Assembly (NCBI GenBank): GCA_030704615.1 | Contig: CM060731.1 | Coordinates: forward strand, 18,476,001 to 18,540,000 | DNA from: Takakia lepidozioides | Lineage: Eukaryota; Plantae; Bryophyta | Direction: 5' to 3' | Length of the DNA: 64,000 nucleotides | In this document: positions 37,831 through 51,515 of the stretch, one piece after another | How the letters are laid out: each line of letters starts with the position of its first letter | Position numbering within the stretch: the first letter of the stretch is position 1 | The notes under the pieces: model-generated | Database searches by the model: none | Seen by the model: only the letters and a program-made list of their open reading frames with translations | Told to the model about the DNA's origin: nothing | Position numbers and translations under genes: made by a program

Positions 37831-40560
37831 GACCCACTTGTTTTGATAAGTGATCAAGGCATGCAAATCGTGTTTACAATTAACCACCAGCTTTGTTATT
37901 AACCGTCCTATGGAGCATACATTAAGTACAAAAATACTGTACAATACCAGTTACCAACGTATCCTATATATAGGCAATTCTCTCCATTGGTGAACTTAAC
38001 CCTTAAAGGAGGAGACCTCTTTTGGTGGGCCACCCCCAAAAATGGACATACCTTCCTGTTTGAGCTGTATCTTGCTACCCTGAATCATCCAGAAATTTGA
38101 ACCTTACAAATACATTCCTAACTACCACATTCATCTACCCCCAAAAAGTCAGGAAGATCCACCGTTGGAATGGGTAGATTATAACAAATTACTATTGTGA
38201 ATTTTTTAAGCCCACTCAAAATTTCTGAAAATGCAGGTTTGACCATGACTTTTGAGGACCATCTGCATTTTTCATCTGAAAACTGAGGGGAGATTCAAAT
38301 TCCTGGGCACCTTCTTGGGTTTGTCTCCAATTTCCAGATCAAAAATCCTGGATTCCATAGGGGTTGCTTTGTATGTGAAAATGGGGGGGGGGGAGGGGGG
38401 ATTTTCACATCAATATACACCGTGGGGAGAAATGCCACCATATGCTATGAAATTTAGGGAGGAACCAGATTCCCTCCGGTTGGTAGCTGCATTGTAGTAG
38501 TGAGTAGAAGCTGGGAAAAAATATTCTGATTACAAGCAGATTTCAACCTTGGATGTGGTTTTTATCCAATTTTTGAGTCCAAACCAACTCAGGCCATTTG
38601 GCCTAAAACCGGCAAGACTTTCCGGCAAGCTTTTGGGGGGCCACGTCATAAAAAACCACGAGATTTGAAGGGTCGCCTTCCCCACACCCACGACGGGTGT
38701 CGCAGGCAGATCCGGGTGGGATCCGCTGTCCACACGACCCGCATGCAGCCCCCCTCATTTCTCTCGCCTCGCCTGGCGCCAAGTACCTGCCATGTGGGCG
38801 GGTCAACACTCTAGACACCCCTAAACCACACAAAATTCGGCCTTCAAAAAATTCCAGGCGGGGGAGGTTTTACTATTTTTCAGTGCTGTAAATTGCTCCG
38901 CACGCTTCACCCCAGCCCCGCACACTTTTGCTTCAGAAAACGTTTTCATCCGACTTCATCCGCAGATTCTGTACCGTGGATGAAAAGCGACGCGACCCGA
39001 TTCTGGTCGCGTCGTCGTTTAGGGGGTTACCAACCAATGACATTAACGCATCCATCTAAGGACTTCATCAGCCACGTAAGGTCACATATAGGGGTCCATT
39101 CAAGGTCACGCAAGACACCTACCTCACGTTTCCTGTAAATATAGCTGTACAGGACTTCATACATCCCTGTGGATCGGGTTGCCTGACCTTCCCAAACTGG
39201 CCAAATGAGTTGGGGTACATAGTGAGAGGGACAACGACTTGATGACGTCGGTGTGGGGCAGTGTGATGAGCTAGCAGGCAAGGTGCATGTACCGGGGCTC
39301 TAGACCTATCACCAGGTTATGAATTGTGGCTTGGTTTGCTCTGGAGTTTTCAAGTAGGAGATCTTGGTTTGTGGGTGTCTCACGGCCGCAGTTAAGGTCC
39401 TCGTATCAATATTGGGTTTTTGATCAGAGGTAAGGTCTAAGCCTTAACCTGTTTCCTGCTTTTTGATGCTTTGGGATTGAATCTCTGTCTGTACACCCAG
39501 TTCAGATTTATGGCATATGGGGGTTGTTTCAGGTGGTCTGAAGGGTGTCTTGTAGCCTGGCATCTTTGGGTGTGGTATAGATTCGTTGTCATCGGAATTG
39601 GGGAGTATGCCCGAGGTTGCAATTGCATGTTTGTTGAAGATTGTGCTTGTCTATGTCAGAGATCTTTGCTGCAAATGCCTTGAATAAACTTTTCTTCCAA
39701 TCACCAACTTTGCATCAGTGCGAAGATGCAGCGTGATTATAGAAACCCATGAGAGAGACTCTGATATAGTTCGCCAAATCATGTATCTTTTCTTCTCAAT
39801 CGTGGTCAGTGCACGCTCGGTACCGTACATATTGGAAGACCGTCCTCTTCAACTATTAGGTAAGGAATTTTAGGTGGAATTTCATCTCTTGAAACCATCA
39901 GTTAGGAAACTTTGGGTTGAATTACACTGCATGTTGCTTTGTAGGAATTCTGGGCTTACGGGGCTCTGCAGAGTATAGACTCGAGTACCCTCGCGAAAGA
40001 CTGGCTCCAATAGTGGAACTCAATCTGGGCTTTCATTTTTTCTCAACAGGAGAGCATCGCCTTCACTAGAGTATTCACCCCTAGAATCCAGAGCCAAAGA
40101 CAACTGCCATTCTTCCTGATTCTATCACTCATTTAAAGAGAGGTACACTGACAGTCATGTGGATGCAAAGAGGCCTCTCGTTCACGAGTTTAGTACTTAC
40201 TACAACGCATCAGAACTGTGTCCCTATCGTCACGATCGTGCCCACAGGTTAAATATGTGGATTTCCTTAGTGTGAACGCCCAAACATCCAGAGTGCCCAA
40301 GCATCCCGAGTGCGAAGGCCTTTCAGGCAGTCCTTGAGTCCTTAAGTGATAAGAAAGTTACAGTTGATTTTCCCTGGGCTTTGAACTTGAGCAACATTTC
40401 CCTGCAGCCTTACTCATCTTGCCCATAGATGTCCTCCACTGATTTCTCAGGGAGGTGTGCCCTTGAGAAAGGGAGAGTTAGTTGTGAAGTAGAGGTGGTC
40501 TTCTTCTAACAATGCAAAGTTAGATGCAGTTTGCGATTGAGGCATCGAAAGTTCTACAGC

Positions 40561-40971
40561 ATGACGTCTGCAGCAGCACAATCAAATGGTTTATCAGCAT
40601 TTCCTCCTCCAATTAGGTCGTATGATGTGCACATCTATTACTTTCAGAGGAATGAACAACATGTGCAAGCAGCCAAGGCTCTCCGAGAAGAAATTATTGA
40701 GAAATTTCCTGAATTGAAGGTATACAATCGGGATCAACCAGTAGGACCGCACCCAACAGGAATGTTTGAGGTGGACCTCAAAACACCAGAACAATTTCTG
40801 AGTTTTGTGCCATGGATTCAAGTAAATCGGCGCGGCTTCTCTGTGTTGGTGCATCCCAACACCGGGAATGAGGTAAAGGATCACACTACGAACGCCATGT
40901 GGATTGGGAGAAAGCCAATGCTGGACCTGTCATGCTTGTCAGGGGAAGATGACAGTAAGTATGGTTTGTGA
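40561..40971 (+). CDS. DOPA 4,5-dioxygenase family protein (fungal/bacterial type), intronless, 136 aa
   Basis: YDVHIYYFQ..FPEL....QPVGPHPTGMFEV...PEQF..FVPW..NR.G.SVLVHPNTG.E..DHT..AMWIG...LDL. All family His motifs present; ORF intact. Confidence 0.88.
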   Translation: MTSAAAQSNGLSAFPPPIRSYDVHIYYFQRNEQHVQAAKALREEIIEKFPELKVYNRDQPVGPHPTGMFEVDLKTPEQFLSFVPWIQVNRRGFSVLVHPNTGNEVKDHTTNAMWIGRKPMLDLSCLSGEDDSKYGL

Positions 40972-42262
40972 AGACTTAGTGGTGAGTGACCCAGTCTTCT
41001 TCGGGATCACATATTTCCAACTTACAACTGAATCGGCTCTCATCTGAATTTGGACAGGATTTCTGCCAACCACATCTTAAGCAGTGCATTTTGTGAAAGT
41101 CATTGTGAAATAACCCTGATATTGTGAAGGGGGATCTATAGAGACTGTTGTGGAGACCTGGCTGGGTAAGCTCCTCCATTTATGGAAATATTACAATCAC
41201 TTCTTTGGCAGCCTTCAATGGCTATTGGATTGGTTTTGTGGTCTCTGAACCTGGTCCAAAATTCCGAGTCTTTGAACATCAGTCAGTGTCGACTCTCCAT
41301 TCAATCTTGTGATTGAATGTTGTGGTATGTGTCGGCTGGTGAGTGGTTGTCACCTTGCTCTATGTAAACACAACCAAAGGTCAACCTACTCAAAAGGTTG
41401 AACAGTTCCTGCAAGCGACCAGTTTTACCATGCATGGCAAATAGCATAGAACAGTTTGTTCCTCAGCAAAGACACCTAATGGATGTCAAATCATGAGGCT
41501 GTGGTCACGAGGTAGGCATTGAAGCAAAGAGGATGATATGACTTTCTTTACAGTGACGTACCTCAGGGTTGGTGTTGCGCATTCTGCATTTTTGGGATTT
41601 GCACTGCTGAACCAGTCGAAACCTAAATGCACCCTTACAAAGCTCAGGAGATCACAGTTGGAAGCCACTCCATCCAGGCTTTGGGGACAAGCTCAAGAAT
41701 GTGAACAAGTGCGCTATTTCGGAATACAGATTGAATGAGTCAAGTTTGGAGACAATGAATTCAAAGGTTGAGGAACTTTAAGAACAGCAACAACAAATTT
41801 GGACAAGTTCAATTTGAACTTAAGAACAGCGACAACAAATTTGGACAGGTTCGATTTAAAAAGGTCGGTTGGTTTCTCCAACACTCTGACCTGTAGTTCC
41901 ACCCTATCTGGGTAACTCCCAAGATTATTTTGACTAGTGCATTCCTACGGCACAAGCCTCTATGAGGGCCTCTCTTGCGGCAAGCTGTAATCGCTACTGA
42001 GTTGGTGCTATAACCTTCGCTGATGGAAATCCTGCTACCACCAAAGCACTGAAGAATTGAATTTGTTGATGTAGAGTGGACTCTAGAAACAATCTTAAAC
42101 AGGTGAATTCACCTGTAAGAGTAAGAAGCAGTGTAGCATGGCCACTGAGGTAGTTGACCACTGTAACACCCTCAAGAGTTCTGTGAGGGATACAAGAAGA
42201 GGGCTAGTCGTCAACATCCTTAGTCTGCATTGAGAATTTGGGAATCAGAATCTTTAATGTTA

Positions 42263-42787
42263 CTAGTGTTGGGTCTTGGGTGAATTCATCAGCCGGACAA
42301 AATGTTGGAAAGAGACCTGGGAATCAGCCGAGCCGCTTGCTGTTTCCAGCATTGCTGTAAGGTCTTCCAAAGAGAGCGCTTGTCCGAGCGTGTTCATGAC
42401 GCCCTTGATATCATCCACACAGATCACACCATCCCCGTTTCTATCTAGCACACCAAACATATCCTCCAACACCTTGTTGTCCGGACCAAATACACCCCCT
42501 GCTTTGCCCGCCGATTGAGAATGCAAAAGACTCTGAAAGTCTTCAAAATTTACGCCACCATGACCATTCCGATCTGCAACTGCTATCATGCGATCAATAT
42601 CGTCTGCACTCACACTGCTGTTGAGATTTGTTTGCAGGAAGGCCAACAGATCAGACGCCACAATGTGTCCATCACCATCCTTGTCCAGAAGATCAAATGC
42701 CTCTTTCATATGAGCCACATCAACGCCCAAGTCTATAGAGCGGCCAAGCGTACGCAACCCGGAGCTTTCGGATCCAATTGGCCACAT
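42263..42787 (-). CDS. Calmodulin-like EF-hand protein (CML), intronless
   Basis: EF loops DKDGDGHIVASD, DRNGHGGVNFED, DRNGDGVICVDD and a degenerate fourth. First ATG at 42787. Confidence 0.9.
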   Translation of the reverse strand: MWPIGSESSGLRTLGRSIDLGVDVAHMKEAFDLLDKDGDGHIVASDLLAFLQTNLNSSVSADDIDRMIAVADRNGHGGVNFEDFQSLLHSQSAGKAGGVFGPDNKVLEDMFGVLDRNGDGVICVDDIKGVMNTLGQALSLEDLTAMLETASGSADSQVSFQHFVRLMNSPKTQH

Positions 42788-44273
42788 ATTCGAAAATCTG
42801 CTCAATAATACACCGTCACTGAGCTCTTGATTCAAGTCCTTGGAATCTCTTAGATCGTTCTAATTGTCACAACTTTTAATCTCTCCAAAGCAATTTGATC
42901 AAAAGTTCTTTGCAGCAATTTGAAAAGATCGCTCTCGCCGAAAAAAAAGAGAGAGACCAAAGGTATAAGTAAAGACGATGTCTGATTTCTTGATAGAAAG
43001 CGGGACTAGCAAAGAGTCCCAAGTCTTTTCCAATTATTCAGAACATAAGCGTACGCCTCAAGCCAGCCTGGGGAGAGAAAGTCAAAGAGAGAGAATCGTG
43101 AGAGAAGCGAGGGAAGAAGAAGGAAACACAACCGCACTTCCACCAGCTAGAAACATGGTGGGCCGAGCGTTGATTGGAGCTTGCGAGTCGGAATTCTTGT
43201 TCTGCGGTTGCGAAGGTGGGCCCTTCTCTTGCCTCTGCCGAGCGAAGCAGATCTCTTCCTTGCGATTCAAGCAGCCACGCTGCTTCCAACAGTTAATTAG
43301 GGTTTGAGAATAATGAGAAGAATGTTGCAGTTCCAGTATCTTTCAGAGTATCCAGTGTGTTTTCAGTTGCAGGTTCGATCAGTATATCCTCTTGTTCGTC
43401 TCCTGTGATTGCCAGTCGTGGGTCCCATCGCTTCGTGCCGTTCTTCGTATCTGCATGCGCATGAGGTTTTTGCTCACCTGTACAACCGCATTCCACGTGG
43501 TGTCGTTGTGAAATCTTTGCACACAACATGGGTGAGACTCGATCTCCAGTACTACGAGTCTTGTATGTATTTCTATGCTTTTAAAGTCTCCTCTTACGAT
43601 AGTAATTTTGTGCGTTCCTTTGCACAGTTGCAGTTGCTTTTCAGAATGTCAAGCTTCGCTAGTTTTTCCAAGTTTTTTTTTCCCCTGTCAGGTTAACACT
43701 ACGTAGTGCGAATTTCTTCAAGCTGCCTAACATGCTATGAAAAACGAGAGAAGACTCCGGTCGAAACCGGAGTAAATAAGAGCCACTTGGCCTTGCGATA
43801 AAAAAAAATCTCAAAATTACTCTTTGTTTTGAAACTGCATCCCCGGCCATCCTCCGTTTATGTTCATGTGATTTCTAAGCTCTTACAATGCTTATCAGTA
43901 TGGGAGTATTGGGTGGTGGAATTCAACCCTTGTTTGCAACACATAGTTCACAATGGGTGGTGTCAAATATTTGATGATTGCAGTCAAATAAAAAAAAAAG
44001 TTTACCAGATATTTGTGCATATTATAAAATTAAATAATTAGAGGGTGGATGAAAAAAAAAAAAAACCCTCATAGAAAATCTCTTTATCCACATGATTCCC
44101 TAAACTATATGGGGAGTGGATTACTATGTACACCAACTCATTTGCCCAATTTGGGAAGGTCAGGCAGACTGACTATATATGGAGTAGTTTTCCTGAGGTC
44201 ACTAGTTCCACCTATCAAATGGAGAAACACTCATCATATTCACCAAGGATCAGTCTTGGGTGTTACCCCGTAA

Positions 44274-44775
44274 GGCCCTCACTGCACCAGCCTGCTATCG
44301 CCTGCTACACTCCTACTAACTACTGCTAAATAGAAAATTGCAGCCGCACTGACATGTTTTAAATGTTTTAGCCATAACTATAGTTATCTATCCTAAAAAC
44401 TTCCTTCCTACTTTAGAGCGAATCTAGCACTACCCCCCCCTAGTGCTAAATCTAAACAGGCGCGCCGTTTTGGGGCAACTGCCCGCGCAATTGTCTGCCA
44501 TCGCCATTCCCATTCGCCATTGAAAGCCTCGAGTAATGTGCAGCATTGTGCTCCCTTTGGCTATGGCGAAAAGGAAGCATGCGCGAGAAAATGGCGAGAG
44601 GAAGTCGGGCAGGGGCAGGCGAACGCATGTTTAAAACTAACAATATGCACTTAAAACATGTTAAGCTAAAATGTTGGTGCGGCAGGGATATTGTTAGTTG
44701 GAGCAACTGTTATGAAAATGGGCCTGCTAACCGTTAGCAGGTGTTCTACGCTAACAGCGCGGTGCGGCGGGGGCC
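44274..44775. mobile_element. PIF/Harbinger (Tourist-like) MITE, 502 bp
   Basis: TIRs GGCCCTCACTGCACC / GGTGCGGCGGGGGCC; TAA TSD on both sides. Confidence 0.85.
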
Positions 44776-45113
44776 TAAGAGAGCTATGATAGCATGGAGA
44801 AACATTCAACAATGTATATCCAACTCAATACTAACTTATACGCAGAGGGAATAAGAGGATATATAGGGACTGAGGCATTAATGAGTGGAAGGATCCCGGC
44901 GGTGGAAAGAATCAGCTAAATAAATAGCTGTCTACCATTACATTCTAGCCGATCTATATTTCATGTGCACTCATTATGCACTATGGGCCCTGGGCCCAGA
45001 TCTGGGTGTGAACTGTGTCCCAAAATCTCCCCACCCAGGGACTGCCTTTTGAAGTTCACCATCCCGTGACTTGAGTGATCGCCAAAGGAGCGAGGATGGT
45101 GATCATGCCATAC

Positions 45114-46018
45114 CTAGTCCATTCCCACACCCATAAACCTACTTCTTTTGAGGAAGGGGGCGAATGTCTCCAACACTTGACGAATAACCTCAAAACTTAT
45201 TGTCATCAATTTACCAGCCAGATATCGAATTGAATCCGAATCGTAGATGTGGCCAATGACAGGTATCATCTGAAAAATCGGGGAGCGCTCGAAGTAGTCC
45301 CACTGCTCTTTGATTTTCTTCACGGTCTTTCCTCCCTGCCCAACAAACCACGTAAAGCTTGAGTAAGCGATGGATCAAGTTCTATGATCGCTACTAGAGA
45401 AAATTTAGGTGCAAGTATCTGTACTAAAGATCAATTCCATAAGTATCTCAATGCATCTAAGAATGTTTCCATACACTCAGTCACGTACCAGTACGTGTCA
45501 TTTCCTGCTGTGCTTCCTTATTTCGCTTCGAATAATTGTGCTCATGGACGATGAGATACACTTCTTATGATGAATTCTGACTCCTTCCAACCATGGCAAA
45601 AGAAAAGATTTATTGTATCTAAGAAGTCATGACAACTACTGATTCTTTTCTGGGCAGGGTGAGAGAGTCAGACCTCTTGGACGTCCTCAAACTTGAGGAG
45701 AACCAAAATTTGCAGTGAAACGGTACACCAGAAATGAAGAACCGGTCTTGTCTTAACAAGCATCTGAACCGCCATGGCATTTTCTGTCTCATCATAAACA
45801 ATTGTTTGGAAATCAACTCCCTGGTAATGAGCGAACACCTCCCCAATTTGGTAGATGGTCGCTAAATTTTTGCTACCACCATCCGAGTTGATGTAGATAT
45901 GGTGAAACTGGACGTCTGGCGTGAAGTATTTTTCGATCACTTCGGCCTGTTGCTTTAGACTGGGCTTGCACACCAGCCCCCGGATGACGTCTTTGATTTC
46001 CTTTTTGGGATTCTCCAT
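45114..46018 (-). CDS. NTF2/SnoaL-fold-like protein, 2 exons (46018-45674, 45335-45114), 188 aa
   Basis: Phase-0 GT..AG intron joins MENPKKEIKDVIRGL..QAEVIEKYFTPDVQFHH..LKFEDVQE to GGKTVKKIKEQWDYFE..IP. Fold assignment is from recalled fungal ME(D/N)P.KEI..YFTPD.xF.H proteins. Confidence 0.75.
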
Positions 46019-47384
46019 TCTCCGACTTCCCGAGTCACGATTTCCTCTCTAGATCGGCCTGTAATGCGGGAGATAGCTGACAAGAGACACGCACAGACGG
46101 TTTTCAATAAAACAGTTGCCTTTGTTGGACGATACTCTCCATTTACTGACACCCCCTCACGGATCTGCTAATCAATTTAATATCTTCAGTCCCGCAACTC
46201 TCTAGTAGGCTTCCACTAGAGAAGTAACAATGAGAGAGAGATGGAGACCATACGAGAGGCTCAGAGGGAGTGCGGACCTAACGAGGTGGGCTGCATGCAC
46301 GGTGGCTGCGCTACACATGGCACCAAACACGGCGGCTAGGGAATTCCAAAAAGGCCTTGATGTGAAATGCATCGCAATTCACTTGATCACCCCCTAAAAG
46401 TGCGCAATTGAATTGAATTGCAAGGGCAATTGAATTGAATTGTCGGCACCCGATTCAATTGAATTGCGAATTTGGCAATTCAATTGAATTGCTGACTACA
46501 ATTCAATTGAATTGTAATCTATAATTTTTAACTTATTTTTGTATATAATATATATGTATATATTTAAATTATACATTTATACATACACAGGTATAAGCTA
46601 AAAATACATGTTGCCCGTCTATTCCAGTGTTGGGCGGTTCTTGCCTTTGTGAAGGAACCTTCGGTTCCGGTTCCACAAATTTTTGAAGAGACGGTTCCGG
46701 ATCCGGATCCGGTTATTTTTTATTAAGGCGGTTCCGGTCCGGTTCAGGTTCTGACTTTTTATGGGGGCGGTTCCAGTTACCGGTTAGTTGCTGGAAAAAA
46801 AACACCGGTTCCGGTTAGGTTCCGGTTCTTTTTTAAAAATATATTAAATTCTTTAAAAAAATTATTCTTCTGGAAAATTAGATGAACTGATCTGATTGGT
46901 CATACTGAATATTCAAAATTTTCAACTAAAACCAGGGAGTTTATTAGTAAAACAGAAGTAAATAAACTTATATGTTTTTTGTGATTGTCTTTTATGGTAT
47001 ATATAACAAGTTAAATACGCATGGTCTCCATTAAAAACGGAAAACCAGAGATTTTATAAGTTTTCGTACGGTGTAGCAAAGAACAACTAAAACAAACTAA
47101 CTATATAAGGATCTTAATTCAAAATACAAAACAAATTAAACATGTGTAATTCTATGGTTACCTTTTATGGTGCAGCAAAAGCACAACTAAAAAAAACTAC
47201 ATAAATTTGTGTTTTTTGGATGATGCTTTGTCGATATAGCATACAACAAACTAAGTACACGGGATGTCACTGAAATTTTCAATAAAAATGACAAATAAAC
47301 AAACTCCAATCAAAGGAGTATAGTGTAATATGTTGAGCAATAATTTGTCTCTAAGACAAATCATTCCACCTCAAAGAGGTTTGC

Positions 47385-49401
47385 CTATGCAATCAAGTCC
47401 TCATTCTCATCTAAGAGGACTTCTTCCCTATCCAAAAACTCTTTCATGGAAGTACTAAAGCAACCAACTCTAGCATCATTTGGCCAATTCTTGACTACAC
47501 TCACAAGCATATCAAGGTTTTCAATATTTAACCTGCACCGTCTCAAGCTTGTTATGACACCTGCAATACTAAAAACCCTCTCAGCTTCAATCTGAGATCC
47601 AACTATGCCGAAGATTAGCCGTGCCAAAAATCCCACATATGGAAAGAGAGACCCGTGTTCTTTCCACCATTTCAAAGGAGCCACGCACTCATCCTCAATT
47701 ATCTTCGTCCTTCTGAAATGTGATAGTTGTTCTCTCACTACTGTCAATGTCACATCTTCATTGTGGTCATGCACACCAAATAAGGACATCTCGTCCATTA
47801 TGGAAGTGGGCTGTGATTGGGCCGGAGTATCCGGATGTAAGACCTTGAAACACTTTACCAAAAGAGGCTCTAACACCATGCTATCATATTGGGACACAAT
47901 ATGCAAAGCACGTTCTTTGCCCACATATTGTGATACCAATGACAACCCCTTGTAACGTGGGTCAAGCATAAGCGCGAGCATATTGTGAGCTTTGCGCGAT
48001 TGAAACCCTTCCAAAAAAGAAAGAAATGGTTCCAAGACATATACCACCTCTCGAGCCATCCGCCATTCCAACAATGTCAACTCTGTTGAGAAATCCCCCA
48101 TGCAATGATCCACAGTTGCAGCCCTGGGAGCACTACTTCCTCGCATGCAAATTGTTGTGGCAATGGCTGCATTAAGAACATTGGACAACAGCCAAAATCC
48201 CCCAGATTGATTCATAATGCACTCATGAACCATAGGCCCTAGAACTGTAGAAATTGATTGGGCAATGGCCCACACTTGTGGACTTGGTATGCGAGACTGC
48301 AGTGCCAATGAGGTTTGCCTAGAGTAACAAGTGATTATGGCTTGCCTAAACTCCAAACTCTCTTGGAAGATGATCACCTTGGAAGCAAACCGTGTCTTCA
48401 CCGGAGTCTTCAATTTGTGGGGATGAATGCCGCTGTCCACACATGCCTTTGCCCATTCTTGTCTCGCTTTGCCATTTTTTTTTGTCCAAGTAATGGTTTT
48501 TTGCAACTCTGATCGGGCATTTTTTATAGAAACTGATCTCATATCTGTGCATACTTTTGCATCATTTGTTGCATACCGGCAACACTTGGACATTGCATGC
48601 CCAAAACAGCTACCCACAAATGGAGAATCCAACCCCAAACACGCACATGAGACCACCAAATTCAAAGCATTGGTCAAAGTGGCCAAGTTACCTCCCTCAT
48701 CTTTGACGTAAGCACTAATGCGAGTGTTGAGGCCATACTTCACAAAAAGATTGTTGACTTGATGTGCCATGGCAGCCCCAGATGTGTCAGGTGTCTCAAA
48801 CATGCCAAGAGTCACATGACATTGCTCCCACTGTTCATTAATAAAGTGCGCTATGATGACAAAAGTGTCAGTTCCCCTCTTGACATCCACAAATCAAAAC
48901 TCACAGAGCAAGTAGCACAACTCTGAAGAGATGGGGGCATGTAGCGCTCTTTCGTCTTCTCTGCCAAGATTGGAATGGCATCATTCACAAATGTCCGTCG
49001 AGAAGGGAAAACAATCCGAGGATTTTGCCTCAACACCATCCTTCTTAGCCAAGGGGATTCTACCAAAGACAGTGGAACCAACTCCTTTGCAATGAACAAG
49101 ATTAAATCCTCATTGAACTGCTTCTGTTGATCATCATTTTGGTTGTATGGAGTGGAGCTCCCAAAAAAAGAAGTTATGTTTCCAGGAGTGGGGCTGGGCC
49201 TCTTTTTTGCTGGCCTACGGGCCTTCTCAGGTCCTTCATTTTCCCTCTCAATCCACCTACGCAAAACAATGTCATGTTCTTGATCCACATGCTTTCGAAG
49301 GGCAGAGATACCATTGGTTTTATTATAGGTCACAATGCCCTTCTTGCTTGCAGGAGTGACACCAACAGGATGACATAGAACACACCTCATTTTGTTATGG
49401 A
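47385..49401 (-). pseudogene. hAT transposase (BED finger, DDE, dimerisation domain), 3' part
   Basis: MRCVLCH..LRKHV, SFDLWMS, KDEG, CFGH, KTRF, LDPRYK, PLKWW..ERVFS. Frameshift near 48880. Confidence 0.92.
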
Positions 49402-51319
49402 TGTCATGGTTTTAGTCACGATTAACTAGAATTACCTACTTCTAGTTAACTAGGACATTTTGGATATTTATATTTGTATTTTGTGTGTTGGGACTTCATT
49501 TGGTCTCACATGCCAAGTGAGGTGTCAAACCTCACTTGGAACATGTTAGCATTATTGTAAAATACATGGACCAACATGGTCAATTTCGGGAATGACATAT
49601 AGTACGCTTTCATGTACTATGGGATGGGTTTTCCTCTTGTGAGTGTTGAGGAGGGCTCATCTTCTTGTAGTTGAGCCTCCATGAGCCTCTCCCACCTCCA
49701 TAGCTCTAGGTATTGAGAGGGAGTGTGGTGAGGGCTTTGTAGGGTGGATTCCTTTAGCAAAGGTGCCCTTGGCTTGATTTAGTTTATGTGATTGAGTGGA
49801 TTCATGAGTGGAGTGTTTTCATTGTGTGTTCGCTTCCATTATCACTACAAGAAGATCACCTTATGCTTGTGAGTGCGGAGTGTAAGGATTAGTTTTAGCA
49901 CTTGTGTTGGTGGACACCGAGGAGTGAGAGAGCTAGGAAAGCTCAAGTATCTCACAAGGCTTGCAAGGTGCTGCAAGGAGGAGTGTTTTTGCATTGCATC
50001 AAAGAGGTGGAGAGCTCAAGGAGAGAGCTCTTGAGTTACAAGACTTTGCAGAGGTGGAGAGCTTAAGGAGAGAGCTCTTGTATCACAAAGCTTGCATGGT
50101 TTTGCAAGGTAAGTGCTTGTATATGCACTGAGGGTTTGAGAGCTTGGAAAAGAGCTCTTGTATCACAAGAGAAACGTCTTGTGTGTGGAAAAGATAGACA
50201 CTAGGGTTTCAAGAGCAAGCTCTAGTTGTTCATGGTGTGAAAGAGAAGCCAAAGAGCGGCACATGCTTGGGTTGGAAACACCATAGAAGGAGTACAACAA
50301 GGGTAGCTTGAGGAGTATTGAGTAGCTCAAGAGAAGCTAAGAAGTGGTTGTTCTATCCAAGGTGAAATGAAGCCAAGTGGTGTTTTATTTGGTTGACAAA
50401 CAAGCAAGCAAAGACGGCGCTAGAAGAGAGTGCTTTTGCTAGTTCTATGAGTTCTTGGATTGCTCTTGGTGAAGTAAGTGATTGACCAAGCAAGTGATTG
50501 ACCAAGCAAGTGGCGCATGTGTGGAGCATGTTTTCCAAGTGTGGCTTCCAATTCAAGCTTGAGGAAAACTAGAAGGTGAAGTGAGCAAGTTCATTCCTTG
50601 TGTATGAGTTGTGGAAGAAAAGCCAAGGAGCTACATAGGCTAGGGCTTGAAGACAACAAAAGCAACCACTTGGAGAGCATCAAGAAGCTCAAGATGACTC
50701 CAAAGGGAAGCATGTGGGTAAGAATTCTATCCATGATGATGTGAAACCAAGCCTAGAGTATTGAAGAGCTTGGAGCACATGTGGGAGATCATTGGAGGTG
50801 GTCTTCATGAATAAAGGAGATTGTGGCTCACGGCATGCATAGCAACTTCAACCATATATTAGCATGTGACAAGACAAGGAAGGGGAAGGGGAAGCTCATG
50901 TATTCATTCCCTTTTTATTTAAGTTTTGTGGTGGATGGTTGATCAAGCAAGTGATGCTTATGTGGAGCATGCTCTTTAGGGCTTGTCACTTCAAGTTTGA
51001 GAAGATGAGCTCTTGAATAGAGGTGTGGATACACATTATGATGAATGAAAAGAACACCTAGGTCAAGAGGTGGAAGTGTGTGGGGCTAGCCCATGCAAGG
51101 GAAAGCACATGGAAGATGGCATACAAAATTCAAATTCAAGCAAGGCTTGGCGTTTGTCATTGGGCACATTAGCTTGCTATGAGTTCCAAGGAGATCAAGA
51201 GGAACTTGTCAATTTGGGATGAATGCATTGCAAAGTAAGATAATGCAATCTTGCATGCATGTTAGGGGGGAAGATACCATGAAGAAGGTGTTTCTTACTA
51301 TACTCTACAAACCCTAGTC

Positions 51320-51515
51320 TCCATACTCTTCAAGAAACTGTGTATGGGCTCCCTCTGCCCATCATACTCTTTTGTGAACAGTGTATGGAACCCCTCTGCC
51401 CAACATACACTTTTGTGAACAGAGTATGGGCCCCCTCTGCCCAACATACGTTTTTGTGAACAGTGTATGGGCTCCATCTGCACCACCATACTCTTTTGTA
51501 AACAGTGTATGGATA
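51320..51515. repeat. ~41-bp tandem repeat in LTR-like sequence
   Basis: CATACTCTTTTGTGAACAGTGTATGGGCxCCCTCTGCCC occurs ~5 times. Confidence 0.85.

Noticed and set aside
37990-39050. Possible non-autonomous DNA transposon
   Set aside because: Composition suggests it, but TIRs and TSD could not be defined.
49843-49853. CACTACAAGAA as a CACTA start
   Set aside because: No subterminal repeats or partner end; lies in LTR-like sequence.
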